Notes under the pieces: model-generated
What the model saw: the letters and a program-made list of their open reading frames with translations, nothing else
The model's database searches: none
What the model was told of the DNA's origin: nothing
Made by a program: the position numbers and the translations under genes
IMG/VR virus record: IMGVR_UViG_3300049140_000186
Span: 9,783-73,782 of that record
Length of the DNA: 64,000 nt
Reading direction: 5' to 3' (one strand)
DNA from: a virus
Lineage: Duplodnaviria; Caudoviricetes
Part shown: in pieces, positions 19,319 to 27,400 of the stretch
Position numbering within the stretch: position 1 is the first letter of the stretch
How the letters are laid out: each line of letters opens with the position of its first letter

Positions 19319-19648
19319 TCAGCAGCCCTTGTTCCGCTGAGCGGAGCTGATGGCTATCACTTCGCCTTTGTGCTGCGCGACAGCTCCTTCCTTGTCGCCG
19401 CCTGTAAGACTGCTCATCGGGACGCCTATCAAGAAGACCCCAACGGCGTCGCCGGTCTGCGCCTGCCGCTGTTGCGCGGATACCGCGTTTAGCGCGGTCG
19501 TGGACTTCTGATGCTCGGCCGCCAACTGGTTACAGCTTAACCCTGAATAGGCGTTCACCGGCATCGACATTGGCGTTATGGCGTCTGGTCCCTTCGCGCA
19601 TGCCGTCAACAGCAATGCGGTCGCCAACAGCGCAATCTTCTTCATCAT
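19319..19648 (-). CDS. Lipoprotein (moron)
   Basis: Start moved to ATG 19648/19645; MKKIALLATALLLTAC lipobox. Confidence 0.75.
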   Translation of the reverse strand: MMKKIALLATALLLTACAKGPDAITPMSMPVNAYSGLSCNQLAAEHQKSTTALNAVSAQQRQAQTGDAVGVFLIGVPMSSLTGGDKEGAVAQHKGEVIAISSAQRNKGC

Positions 19649-19701
19649 GATTTGATTCCCCCAATCCCCGATCCAGCATAGCCGCATTTCAATTCGAAAG
19701 G

Positions 19702-20103
19702 CTAGCGGCTCTCTGCCGCTCGGTAGCGGCGCTGCTTCCAATCGTAGGCGACGCCGGCCGGGACGATAAAGCCGTTGCGCGGCAACGTATCCGCCAACTT
19801 GGCGTTTGCGTCTCTGACCCGCCCGGCTTCCTGCTGGCGCTTAGCCTTTCTAATCCTGGGCAAGTCCTGCTCGTGGGTCTTCGCCTCGGCGCATGCGAAG
19901 TGGGCCGGGCCGCAATTGGTGTTCGTGTCCGGGCCTAGCAGGGCCAACGCGCGCTTGTGTTCGATAATCCATCGGTCTTTTTGGCGGTGGATCGGCTTAC
20001 CGCAAAGGCAGCATGGCGCGATGTTGTGGGCCGTGCAGTTCTCCGAAAAGATATGCTGTCGGCGCTGCGGGCTCATGCGGCCTCGGGGCGTGTTGGCGGT
20101 CAT
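19702..20103 (-). CDS. HNH endonuclease
   Basis: CCLCG...IIEHK...TNCGPAHFAC..KT pattern. Confidence 0.75.
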   Translation of the reverse strand: MTANTPRGRMSPQRRQHIFSENCTAHNIAPCCLCGKPIHRQKDRWIIEHKRALALLGPDTNTNCGPAHFACAEAKTHEQDLPRIRKAKRQQEAGRVRDANAKLADTLPRNGFIVPAGVAYDWKQRRYRAAESR

Positions 20104-20396
20104 CTATCGTCCTCACCGACGATACCGCCCTCGTTTTCTAGGATATCGATCCCGCGAACTTCCCGCCGATTGAACTTGAGACGCACGCCTGCACCTCCAC
20201 CGTTCTCAGGAATGAACACGACGCCCGCCGCCTCAAACGTTCTCCGCAATACGTCCAACGTCGCATGCTGCGGTTCGGACCTTCCGGCCTCGAAATTGCG
20301 AATCGTCGCATTTCCTATCTTCGCGGCGTTCGCGAGCTGCTGCTGCGACCAGTTAAGCAGGGCGCGAGCTGCGCGGCATTGGGCTGAGTTCATCAT
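20100..20396 (-). CDS. XRE-family HTH regulator
   Basis: QCRAARALLNWSQQQLA...TIRNFEAG...FEAAGVVF..ENGGGAGVRL, a classic rhizobial XRE family. Confidence 0.85.
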   Translation of the reverse strand: MMNSAQCRAARALLNWSQQQLANAAKIGNATIRNFEAGRSEPQHATLDVLRRTFEAAGVVFIPENGGGAGVRLKFNRREVRGIDILENEGGIVGEDDR

Positions 20397-20416
20397 GAAA
20401 TCACCTTAACACGGAG

Positions 20417-20497
20417 TATCGTTATACGCTAGCCATAGCGAAAATCGCTTGCATTAACGTTAACGAACGCATATCGTTATCCATAGCGATAATCGCT
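20417..20497. promoter_or_regulatory. Divergent control region with duplicated operator
   Basis: CCATAGCGA(A/T)AATCGCT at 20433-20449 and 20481-20497 (core palindrome AGCGA-N3-TCGCT); TATCGTTAT at 20417 and 20472. Confidence 0.55.
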
Positions 20498-20515
20498 AGC
20501 AAGGGAGCTACCCAC

Positions 20516-21067
20516 ATGCCGAACACCGCTGTTCGGGCTGCCGCCGAAGGCATGCCCTCAATCAACCGCCGCCGCGCCATCCTTAGCGCTGGTGCCGCCG
20601 CTGCGGCCTTGGCCGTGACCAGCCTGCCGGCCGAACCGGCGACGGCCGATGCCGAACTGCTCCGGCTCGGCCAAGAGCTTGACAGGCTCCGCCCTGAATT
20701 TATTCCGCTCAAAGACGAGGCCGACGAATTGCTACAGGTCTGGCTAGACGAGTGTCATCGGCGCGGCGTGTCGCTTGACTCCGATGCCTCCCATGCATTT
20801 GCCGAAGAGATTGGTCTCCAAGCGGCGGAACGGCGCGCTCAACCTTTGGAATATGCCGTGGGCCGCACGACAGATGCTATCCTTGCCGCCTCCGCGACGA
20901 CATTGGCGGGGCTTGCAGTGAAGGCAAAGGCACTCCGCCTCGAAGCCTTGCGTAACAGGCCGGAAGTTGAACCGACCGACGCCGAATATGAGGAAATGGA
21001 TTTCGACGAAGAAATGGTCCTGCGCTTCATATTTGAGATAGAGCGTTTGGCGGGAGCGGTGTCATGA
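20516..21067 (+). CDS. Hypothetical protein with twin-arginine-like leader
   Basis: RRRAILSAGAAAAALA; A.TLAGLAVKA motif; RBS AAGGGAG. Confidence 0.65.
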   Translation: MPNTAVRAAAEGMPSINRRRAILSAGAAAAALAVTSLPAEPATADAELLRLGQELDRLRPEFIPLKDEADELLQVWLDECHRRGVSLDSDASHAFAEEIGLQAAERRAQPLEYAVGRTTDAILAASATTLAGLAVKAKALRLEALRNRPEVEPTDAEYEEMDFDEEMVLRFIFEIERLAGAVS

Positions 21068-21339
21068 AGCCTGCTCAACTCGGCGACGCTGACCTATTCC
21101 AGCTTGGCGAGGAAATGAAAGCGGCTCACGCCCGCTGGGCGGCGGCTCCCGATGATAGCGCGGAACCGCTGTTCGCAATTGCAAAGCGCGTCTTTGCCAT
21201 CCCGGCATCGACAGTTGCCGGCATGCTGGTGAAGCTTCGGGTGGATCAGATGCAAGAGGCGTGGGAATATGAAGGCGCGGTTTCGGACGAAGCCATGGCC
21301 TCGGTCGCGGCGGACATCAAGCGCTTGGCGGGGAACTGA
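21064..21339 (+). CDS. Hypothetical protein, short paralogue of the preceding gene
   Basis: LFQLGEE...IPASTVAGMLVK parallels LLRLGQE...ASATTLAGLAVK; ATGA coupling. Confidence 0.6.
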   Translation: MKPAQLGDADLFQLGEEMKAAHARWAAAPDDSAEPLFAIAKRVFAIPASTVAGMLVKLRVDQMQEAWEYEGAVSDEAMASVAADIKRLAGN

Positions 21340-21366
21340 TCAACTGGACAACTTGTCCACGTGAAA

Positions 21367-21397
21367 GCCCGCCACGGTTCGCCCTGGCGGGCTTTTT
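21367..21397 (+). terminator. Terminator hairpin, copy 1 of a 25-bp direct repeat
   Basis: AAAGCCCGCCA..TGGCGGGCTTTTT, potentially bidirectional. Confidence 0.7.
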
Positions 21398-21399
21398 CT

Positions 21400-21636
21400 C
21401 TAGGGGGCGCTATCGGCCCCCGGTCGTTCATCGAACATAACCGCATAGCCCAAGGCGATGGCGGTTTTTGATATTGCAATTGCTAGCTCCTCGTCAGGGG
21501 ACACAAAGTCTCCCGACAGCATCCGGAATTTCCCGATGGCGTTGGAGGTAGACAGCAGCGACCCCCCGTGGGCGATATGGGCACAGGCATTCACCGCCGA
21601 AAGCAGATCGTCTCGATCGAACTTGCTGTTGTCCAT
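21400..21636 (-). CDS. Hypothetical protein
   Basis: 78 aa, RBS GGGGAG, bounded by the two hairpin repeats. Confidence 0.5.
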   Translation of the reverse strand: MDNSKFDRDDLLSAVNACAHIAHGGSLLSTSNAIGKFRMLSGDFVSPDEELAIAISKTAIALGYAVMFDERPGADSAP

Positions 21637-21751
21637 GACAGCTCCCCAAAAGGTCGAGCCCCTTCGATGGTCTCAACCCTTGCCTGCCGACTGGGTTCCA
21701 TCGGGAGAGCCGGCGCGCCGCCTTTGGTACGGAACCAACCATCGTTCGTCC

Positions 21752-21776
21752 CCCGCCACCGTTCGCCCTGGCGGGC
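21752..21776. repeat. Copy 2 of the 25-bp hairpin repeat (24/25 identical to 21368-21392)
   Basis: CCCGCCACCGTTCGCCCTGGCGGGC vs CCCGCCACGGTTCGCCCTGGCGGGC. Confidence 0.8.
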
Positions 21777-21802
21777 CTGATGATCGGCTGGTGTGACATC
21801 CT

Positions 21803-22120
21803 TCATTGGACGGGTTTCGCCGGGCTAGCTCCAAAACCAGCATCGATAATCTGAAGGGCATAAGTTTCGACATAACCAACCATCTCTGCCTTGACCTGAT
21901 CGGGCTCCGTCCCCTCGACGTTGGCCCGTCTAACTGAATTTGAGACGATCTGCTTCATCGCGGACTGAATTCCCGCTTCGGGTGCGAGCTGGTGCAGCAT
22001 TTGTAATGTCGCCTTGAGAACAAACTCTTGAGCTGCAATTTTGCCCTGAATTTCCAGGATCGTGTCACCCTTAATCATCCGTGCACTCCATTGTTTTCCT
22101 TCTTTTTTCTCTATCACCAT
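21803..22120 (-). CDS. Hypothetical protein
   Basis: Helical ORF; start uncertain (22120 or 22078); the longer start overlaps att-arm-like repeats. Confidence 0.45.
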   Translation of the reverse strand: MVIEKKEGKQWSARMIKGDTILEIQGKIAAQEFVLKATLQMLHQLAPEAGIQSAMKQIVSNSVRRANVEGTEPDQVKAEMVGYVETYALQIIDAGFGASPAKPVQ

Positions 22121-22251
22121 GTCGCGCTCATGTCGCACGGACTTGCCGATAGTGGCAGGAAACCCTTGGAAATCAACGGTAGCCATTTGCAACATGGCGC
22201 GACATGAAAGAACGGCGTCAAAGCAAGTCTAGGCGGTTCAAGGGGCTGATT
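22118..22251. other. att-arm-like region of prophage A
   Basis: CATGTCGC twice (22118, 22129), inverted pair GCAACATG/GCGACATG (22189, 22199), IHF consensus AATCAGccccTTG on minus strand (22239-22251). Confidence 0.5.
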
Positions 22252-22268
22252 TCATTAAAGAAAGTGGT

Positions 22269-22342
22269 TGGCTGGGGAACCTGGATTCGAACCAGGACTA
22301 ACGGAGTCAGAGTCCGTGGGTCTACCGTTAACCTATTCCCCA
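22269..22342 (-). tRNA. tRNA-Gln (CTG)
   Basis: TGGGGAATAGGTTAACGGTAGACCCACGGACTCTGACTCCGTTAGTCCTGGTTCGAATCCAGGTTCCCCAGCCA: acceptor stem, CTG anticodon, GTTCGAATC T-loop, encoded CCA. Confidence 0.97.
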
Positions 22343-22386
22343 AAAGGTGATTAAAAACAACCACTTGGCGAAATGGGGCGAGGGGA

Positions 22387-22416
22387 GTTAGACACTCTTT
22401 TTGCCTCGGTTAGACA
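22387..22416. other. Integrase arm-type direct repeats of prophage B
   Basis: GTTAGACA at 22387 and 22409, overlapping the int stop codon, 45 bp from the tRNA 5' end. Confidence 0.5.
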
Positions 22417-23470
22417 AAACTCGTTCCCGTTTCGAGCCGGCTTGTATCACATTTGCCATGTCGATCAATACCCCGGACACGTCCGCGCTCGAAGAATAAT
22501 GCGCCGCCATCTGCGCCGTCTCTTGGCCGAGATAGTCCTTGATCTGATCGAGCGAATAGCCGAGGCCGCGTAGCTCGGCCGCCACTGAGTGGCGCAGGCC
22601 GTGCATGGTCAACCCTTGGTCGGCCAGCTTGCGAGCGACGCACTTCGCGAAATACTTCCTGATCGATGCGGTGAAGCCCATCTCGGTCCATGGCTTCTTT
22701 GCCGAATTCAGGCAGAGCAACGTGACGTCGACATCGGCGACCGGAACGGCATCGAGGTATTCGTCGAGGATCGCCTTCAACTCCCCCAGCACCGGCAGCT
22801 TCATGATCTTGCCGGTCTTGCCGGTTCGAAAGCTGATGTAACCGTGTCGATACGCCATTCGGGGCAGCTTGAGTATGTCGCCGCGGCGAATGCCAAGGAA
22901 GCGTGCCAGGGCCAGCGGCACCTTCAGATGCAGCGGCGCCGCCGCTAGCACATTGGCCCTCTCTGCGGCCGTCCAGGGCCGGTTTTCTTTGCGCCGGTCG
23001 GCGGCGATCTTGGCCTTCTCCAGCTCGAGGCACGGATTGGAATCGACGAGCTCATATTCCTTGCCGTGCCTGAACGCGGATGACAGCATCGCCATCATGT
23101 GATTGGTGAAGGCGCCGCGCTTTTTCTTCACCGTCTTGTCGCGCAACTTGGCCATGAAGCCTCCGGTCATCAGCACGAGCGGCGTGCCTGCAATCGGCTT
23201 CAGATGGTCCATATACTGGTGATAATCGGCGCGGGTGCGCGGTGCGAGATCGGTGAATTTGGGCGACTTCTTGTAGCTTTCGAGCAACCCGCCCAGCGTG
23301 CCGGCCAGCGCCTGCTTCGGCGCATGCAGCTTGTCGAGCCGGTCGATCTCGGCGGCAAGTGCGGTGCCGGTCAATGTCGCGTCGATCGCGGTACCGGACT
23401 TGCGGTGATAGGCGCGCTGGTTCCCGTAGCGGTCCGTGTAGCGCTTAATTCCCTTCACCGTCACCCTCAT
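22388..23470 (-). CDS. int: Tyrosine recombinase / phage integrase
   Basis: GIRRGDIL (R), TGKTG (K), HGLRH (HxxR), LGQ...AAHY (Y). Confidence 0.93.
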   Translation of the reverse strand: MRVTVKGIKRYTDRYGNQRAYHRKSGTAIDATLTGTALAAEIDRLDKLHAPKQALAGTLGGLLESYKKSPKFTDLAPRTRADYHQYMDHLKPIAGTPLVLMTGGFMAKLRDKTVKKKRGAFTNHMMAMLSSAFRHGKEYELVDSNPCLELEKAKIAADRRKENRPWTAAERANVLAAAPLHLKVPLALARFLGIRRGDILKLPRMAYRHGYISFRTGKTGKIMKLPVLGELKAILDEYLDAVPVADVDVTLLCLNSAKKPWTEMGFTASIRKYFAKCVARKLADQGLTMHGLRHSVAAELRGLGYSLDQIKDYLGQETAQMAAHYSSSADVSGVLIDMANVIQAGSKRERVLSNRGKKSV

Positions 23471-23684
23471 CCAGAAGCCCCAGCCAGTCGTCGCCCGTCA
23501 TCGGCTCGGATTTGCTCTGGTTGTCCAGCCACTTGTCAAGCCTCTTCACGTCATACAGCACGCGGGCGCCGATCTTGACCGGGGGGACCGGCACATGGCT
23601 TTTCAACGTGGCGACGCCGACGCCGCAGTAGTTTGCCGCCTCGTTATCCGACAGCATGCGCTTTGTCGGCAAGGGCAGCTTCAC
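23445..23684 (-). CDS. Excisionase-like HTH DNA-binding protein
   Basis: LSDNEAANYCGVGVATL...VLYDVKRLDKWLD; overlaps int start. Confidence 0.75.
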   Translation of the reverse strand: MKLPLPTKRMLSDNEAANYCGVGVATLKSHVPVPPVKIGARVLYDVKRLDKWLDNQSKSEPMTGDDWLGLLDEGDGEGN

Positions 23685-24151
23685 AGCTTGATCTCCTCAC
23701 AAGCGGGGCGGTTGGCGATATCGAGCAGCACGTCGGCATGGCAAGGCTCGCCTGGTTTGCACCAGCAGGCGAGGTTCTTGCCGCGGAGTTCTCGATTGAT
23801 CTCGTCTTGTATAGGAGCCGGACGTTTGGCCACGAGCGTCGGCGAAACCGAGATAGGTTTTTGCTCGCCTGCAACCTCAGCATATAGGCCGCAATCTTCG
23901 GTGCCGATCATGGCCCCGCCGAGGTATTCCTTGAACATGGCAACCGATGCCGCTTGGCGACCGATCCGATCCCCCTTGAAACCATATGAAATCGCAGTCC
24001 AGCAATGGCTGCTATCGCGTAAGTTAAAGGGATTTCCCCATTTCGTTGGACGCGCGACGTTGACCGCCTCGAGGCCGTTGACCTCAAGCGAATGCGCCTG
24101 CAGGTCGAAGCCGCGCCGGCGGGAGAGGCGGAGGCGGACGGGCTTGGTCAT
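23681..24151 (-). CDS. DUF4326-like protein
   Basis: VARPTKWGNPF and ELRGKNLACWCKPGEPCHADVLL motifs. Confidence 0.85.
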   Translation of the reverse strand: MTKPVRLRLSRRRGFDLQAHSLEVNGLEAVNVARPTKWGNPFNLRDSSHCWTAISYGFKGDRIGRQAASVAMFKEYLGGAMIGTEDCGLYAEVAGEQKPISVSPTLVAKRPAPIQDEINRELRGKNLACWCKPGEPCHADVLLDIANRPACEEIKL

Positions 24152-25173
24152 TCGACTTCGCTCTCCCCGGCTTTAGGGCGGGCGGGGAGAGGCATCCAGT
24201 GTGTTGGCTCGAAATCGTATTCGCCGCAGTCGATCAGGTCAGTTATCCATCCCTGAACAGACGAGTGAACGTACCAATACGCCTCGGCTGCAACGGTGTG
24301 GTCACCGTCCAAATGGCAAGGCCACGCTAGAATGCGCGTTCCGTCCTTCGGCGCGGTTTCCATCGTCCGCCACGCCCTCCCGTCCAGCAGGCATGTGTCG
24401 CTGCCGATAGGCTGGGGCGCTGGTGTGGTGGCTAGCGGGTGCGGCGCGTACTCCGCTGGATCGACAGGGCTCTCGCCTTCAATATCCCACCAGTAGCCTT
24501 GCTTGTGATCGGTCCAGACTGCCTCATAAACGCGGCCGTCCTCGTCGCGGACCCAGAAGGTGTCAGAATTGCGCAAGGTGATATCGCCGAAGGTCTGAAC
24601 GGTTGCGATGCTACGATCTGCTTCCGAAATCGGATGCCAGACGATGGCGGTCCCTACAGGCTGGGGCGCTTGGGTGGCGTATGGTGTCGACACACTCTGC
24701 CAGCCCTCTGGCGGGGTGTCGGGCTGGGGTGCTGGAGGGGTGGCTAGCGCGGCAAGGACGTTCCGAAGGTCTTGGGCGCGCACTGATATGGTGATTGCCT
24801 CATCGCGATGCGCCGCCTCGTGAAGCCGCTCAATCGCATCGGCAACTCCAGGGTACACATCCGGTGCGCGGCTAAGGGCGGCGATGGCTTCGGTCAACTC
24901 GCTAAGCATCGCAACGGCGGACGCCCAGTTTTCATCCTCGCCAAACTCCTTTATGGCCGCCAGTTCTTCCCGCGCTCGCTCCACCAGCCCCGAATAGTCA
25001 GACCGAAGCCCGGCTGTGTCACTGCCGATAACGGAGGGGGAGGCGAGCGCGTCGATGGCGTCGGCTAGGGCCTGTAAATCGTCCTCCGCAAGCGTGGCTC
25101 CATAGCAATACGCGATGCGGTTCAGTCGGTCGGGCAGCCCCTCGCCGGGGGTGTCTGATTGAGCGTTGATCAT
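24148..25173 (-). CDS. Modular phage protein with DUF551-like modules
   Basis: WRTMETAPKDG...PTHWMPLP at C-terminus; repeated LATxPAPQP linkers. Confidence 0.65.
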   Translation of the reverse strand: MINAQSDTPGEGLPDRLNRIAYCYGATLAEDDLQALADAIDALASPSVIGSDTAGLRSDYSGLVERAREELAAIKEFGEDENWASAVAMLSELTEAIAALSRAPDVYPGVADAIERLHEAAHRDEAITISVRAQDLRNVLAALATPPAPQPDTPPEGWQSVSTPYATQAPQPVGTAIVWHPISEADRSIATVQTFGDITLRNSDTFWVRDEDGRVYEAVWTDHKQGYWWDIEGESPVDPAEYAPHPLATTPAPQPIGSDTCLLDGRAWRTMETAPKDGTRILAWPCHLDGDHTVAAEAYWYVHSSVQGWITDLIDCGEYDFEPTHWMPLPARPKAGESEVE

Positions 25174-25565
25174 GGCTTGCTTCTCGCGTTTCTGATGATG
25201 ACCATCGCCATGTCGTTGTCGCCCTTGACGCCATAGAGGGCCAAGGCAACATGGAGAGGATCTATGCCGGTTGATTTCCAGTAGGCGCGCTCGTCGCCCA
25301 TGCGCTGCTGTCGGTCGTGCTCGTCGCGGTGCAGCGGAACAGCCCAGCGATCATCCGCCTTTTCCGATTTCCCGCGCTCACGCTTCCCGTAGCGAGGATC
25401 GGCATAGGAGACATGGGCCGCGTCAACCGGACGCTTGCCGGTCACGATACACGGCAGCTCATGCAGCCATTTGAGATAGGTGGCGTCCTTCATTGTTGGG
25501 CGCTTGCTGCCCTTTGCAGGCGCAACGGAGAAGGCTTCGGGGTGTCTGGGGAGACGGAAGGCCAT
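25170..25565 (-). CDS. DUF968-like putative HNH-fold nuclease
   Basis: LPCIVTG...DAAHV...KADDRWAVPLHRDEH. Confidence 0.7.
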   Translation of the reverse strand: MAFRLPRHPEAFSVAPAKGSKRPTMKDATYLKWLHELPCIVTGKRPVDAAHVSYADPRYGKRERGKSEKADDRWAVPLHRDEHDRQQRMGDERAYWKSTGIDPLHVALALYGVKGDNDMAMVIIRNARSKP

Positions 25566-25810
25566 CAGACCAGTTTCTCCCTGATCTTCGGGTCGACGAA
25601 CTGCTCCAGGTCGCCGCGCTCCATTGCATCGGCAAGTTCACGAAGGCCGGCCGGCGTGATCTGAAAGAAGCTGTCGCCGCCCTTGCCTCGGGCTGCGAGC
25701 AGGCCGCGCTTGGTCAGAGACCTCGCTACAGCGTCGCCGACAACGAGCAGACCGAACGGACGGCCGAGTCCGGCGAGTAGTTCGAGTTGATGCTTGCCAA
25801 GGCGGGCCAT
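25565..25810 (-). CDS. Hypothetical protein, winged-helix-like
   Basis: Start moved to ATG 25810; SLTKRGLL...ITPAG. Confidence 0.55.
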   Translation of the reverse strand: MARLGKHQLELLAGLGRPFGLLVVGDAVARSLTKRGLLAARGKGGDSFFQITPAGLRELADAMERGDLEQFVDPKIREKLV

Positions 25811-26016
25811 CAGCGCCACTCCCGCCCACAGGAAGCCGCCAAGCTGGAATTCGTCGCCCGGCGCATGTCGGACAGCAGCGGCCGCCATTCGGCCTTGTGC
25901 GAGCGCCGTTCGTCGATCTGCCGGGCAATCGCGGTCCGCTTGCGCTCTGCGTCTCGGATGATGCGCGCGGCACGGCGGCGAGATAGCCATGCGAGGAAGT
26001 CAGCGAGGGGGCTCAT
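25810..26016 (-). CDS. Hypothetical protein
   Basis: Start moved to ATG 26016; coupled overlaps at both ends. Confidence 0.5.
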   Translation of the reverse strand: MSPLADFLAWLSRRRAARIIRDAERKRTAIARQIDERRSHKAEWRPLLSDMRRATNSSLAASCGREWR

Positions 26017-26792
26017 GACAGCAGCCCCTCCAGATACTTCCGCGCCGCGGCCGCCGCGAGTTCGCCCTTCGCCACCTTGTCGGCCGTCGTCATGCAGGCT
26101 TTGACGAAATCTGCCTCCGTCGGCATGTCCCGTTTCCAGCAGTCCTTGGCGAACTCGATGTTCTTGAGGCGATCCTCGAGCGGCAGGTCTTCCGCCGCGA
26201 GCGCCAGGAATTTGGAAAGGCATTCGCGCTTGTCGGCTTCGCTGGCTTGCGAAACACCGGGAGCCGGCTCCACGGCACCACCACCTTGGCCCGTTTCTGG
26301 ACGCTCGGCTTCCGGCTCCTCCGCTTGCGCGGATGGGTCGGCAGCGGGAGGAGAGGGGGAATCCTCGCCGCTGCCTTCGTCCTCGGCCTGGGGTGAGGCT
26401 TCGGACGGTTCACGAAATTGTACGGGATGGTCCGGGTTCGCGCCGAACTTGAACATCAGTTCGATCAGGTCGGACATCTCTTCCTTGGATAGGTCCGACG
26501 AGGAGGTAGACAGGTTGACGAAGCCATCGCCGTCGATGTTCGGCACAAGGCGAAGTTCTCGCTTCAGCCCGGCCATTAAAATCAGCTTCCAGTCGTCAGG
26601 GGCCAGTTTCAGGCCGTGCCAGCGAACTTGGGTCGCGACTTCCGTCAGCATCGCCCACATCTTGGCGTTCTGCTCGTCGGTGCGGCGGGGAGCTTTGAAC
26701 TCAACCCGCGTTCCCGGCTTCAGCGACCAGCACCAGTCGGCCGCTCTGCGGCGCTGGAATTCGGTGTCGAGTACGACCAAGGCCCGGCTCAT
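26013..26792 (-). CDS. ninB: NinB-family recombination protein with C-terminal extension
   Basis: RRTDEQNAKMWAML.EVA.QV.W.G...W K...SSSDLSKEEMSDLIELM..FGA. Confidence 0.8.
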   Translation of the reverse strand: MSRALVVLDTEFQRRRAADWCWSLKPGTRVEFKAPRRTDEQNAKMWAMLTEVATQVRWHGLKLAPDDWKLILMAGLKRELRLVPNIDGDGFVNLSTSSSDLSKEEMSDLIELMFKFGANPDHPVQFREPSEASPQAEDEGSGEDSPSPPAADPSAQAEEPEAERPETGQGGGAVEPAPGVSQASEADKRECLSKFLALAAEDLPLEDRLKNIEFAKDCWKRDMPTEADFVKACMTTADKVAKGELAAAAARKYLEGLLS

Positions 26793-27400
26793 GCCGCCAC
26801 CTGTTCATAACGGCGGATGCGCTCGACCATCAACGCCAGTTCATCGTTGAACCGATCGACCTCGCCGGCCATGTTTTGGATGTAGTCTTCGTCGCGATAG
26901 ACGCGGACGCGCAGCAAAGGTAGCTTCGGCCAGTAGGAGCAGAAATCCCACCATTCGCGCTCGGCAACCCAGAGATTGCCTTGCACCTGGGCCTTGTGCT
27001 CGGGCGGCAGCCTGTTGAGGATCAGCCGCTCTATTTGGATATGAGCTTCTGCCGTTTTGATCTCGAGGCCGCCGTTGTCGCCGACGAGGCTGTCAGGGCT
27101 GCCGCCCTTCGCGCCGTTGCGGATGAATCCAACGCGCCGGATGCCGGCGTCATGGACGAAGGCATAGAGTTCGCGCGCCTCGTCCTCCATGACGTTGCCG
27201 CGCTCCATCTGCTCGCTTTTGTAGGACGCCATCGGCGCGCCGGTCAGGATCTCTCCGGCCAGCTTGCGCATGTACTCGCTGCGAACTTTACCTTCGCCCT
27301 TCGCCATGACTGTCGCAAACCGTGAGGCGGTCGGCAGTCCGGCACGCACAGCAAACCATTCCGGCGTGCCCTGTTCGATGTCGTCGAAAATCTCGATCAC
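26789..27400 (-). CDS. YqaJ / lambda exonuclease family
   Basis: QGTPEW...TAS...GGSPDSL...LEIK...QVQGNLWV. Confidence 0.9.
   Translation of the reverse strand: MIEIFDDIEQGTPEWFAVRAGLPTASRFATVMAKGEGKVRSEYMRKLAGEILTGAPMASYKSEQMERGNVMEDEARELYAFVHDAGIRRVGFIRNGAKGGSPDSLVGDNGGLEIKTAEAHIQIERLILNRLPPEHKAQVQGNLWVAEREWWDFCSYWPKLPLLRVRVYRDEDYIQNMAGEVDRFNDELALMVERIRRYEQVAA

Larger units (their letters stand above)
1..22268 (+). mobile_element. Prophage A, late/right part: podovirus with T7/BPP-1-like virion module; left part lies outside the window
   Basis: Gene order capsid - tubular A - tubular B - GNAT-like gp13 - gp14-like - two large ejection proteins - tail fibre - endolysin; ends at tRNA-Gln 3' end with arm-like repeats. 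Confidence 0.9.

Noticed and set aside
19702-20396. XRE-HNH pair as a toxin-antitoxin or defence system
   Set aside because: Both families are ubiquitous in prophages and nothing in the sequence indicates toxicity.
22121-22195. N-terminal extension of ORF 21803-22195
   Set aside because: Overlaps att-arm-like repeats; probably fortuitous.
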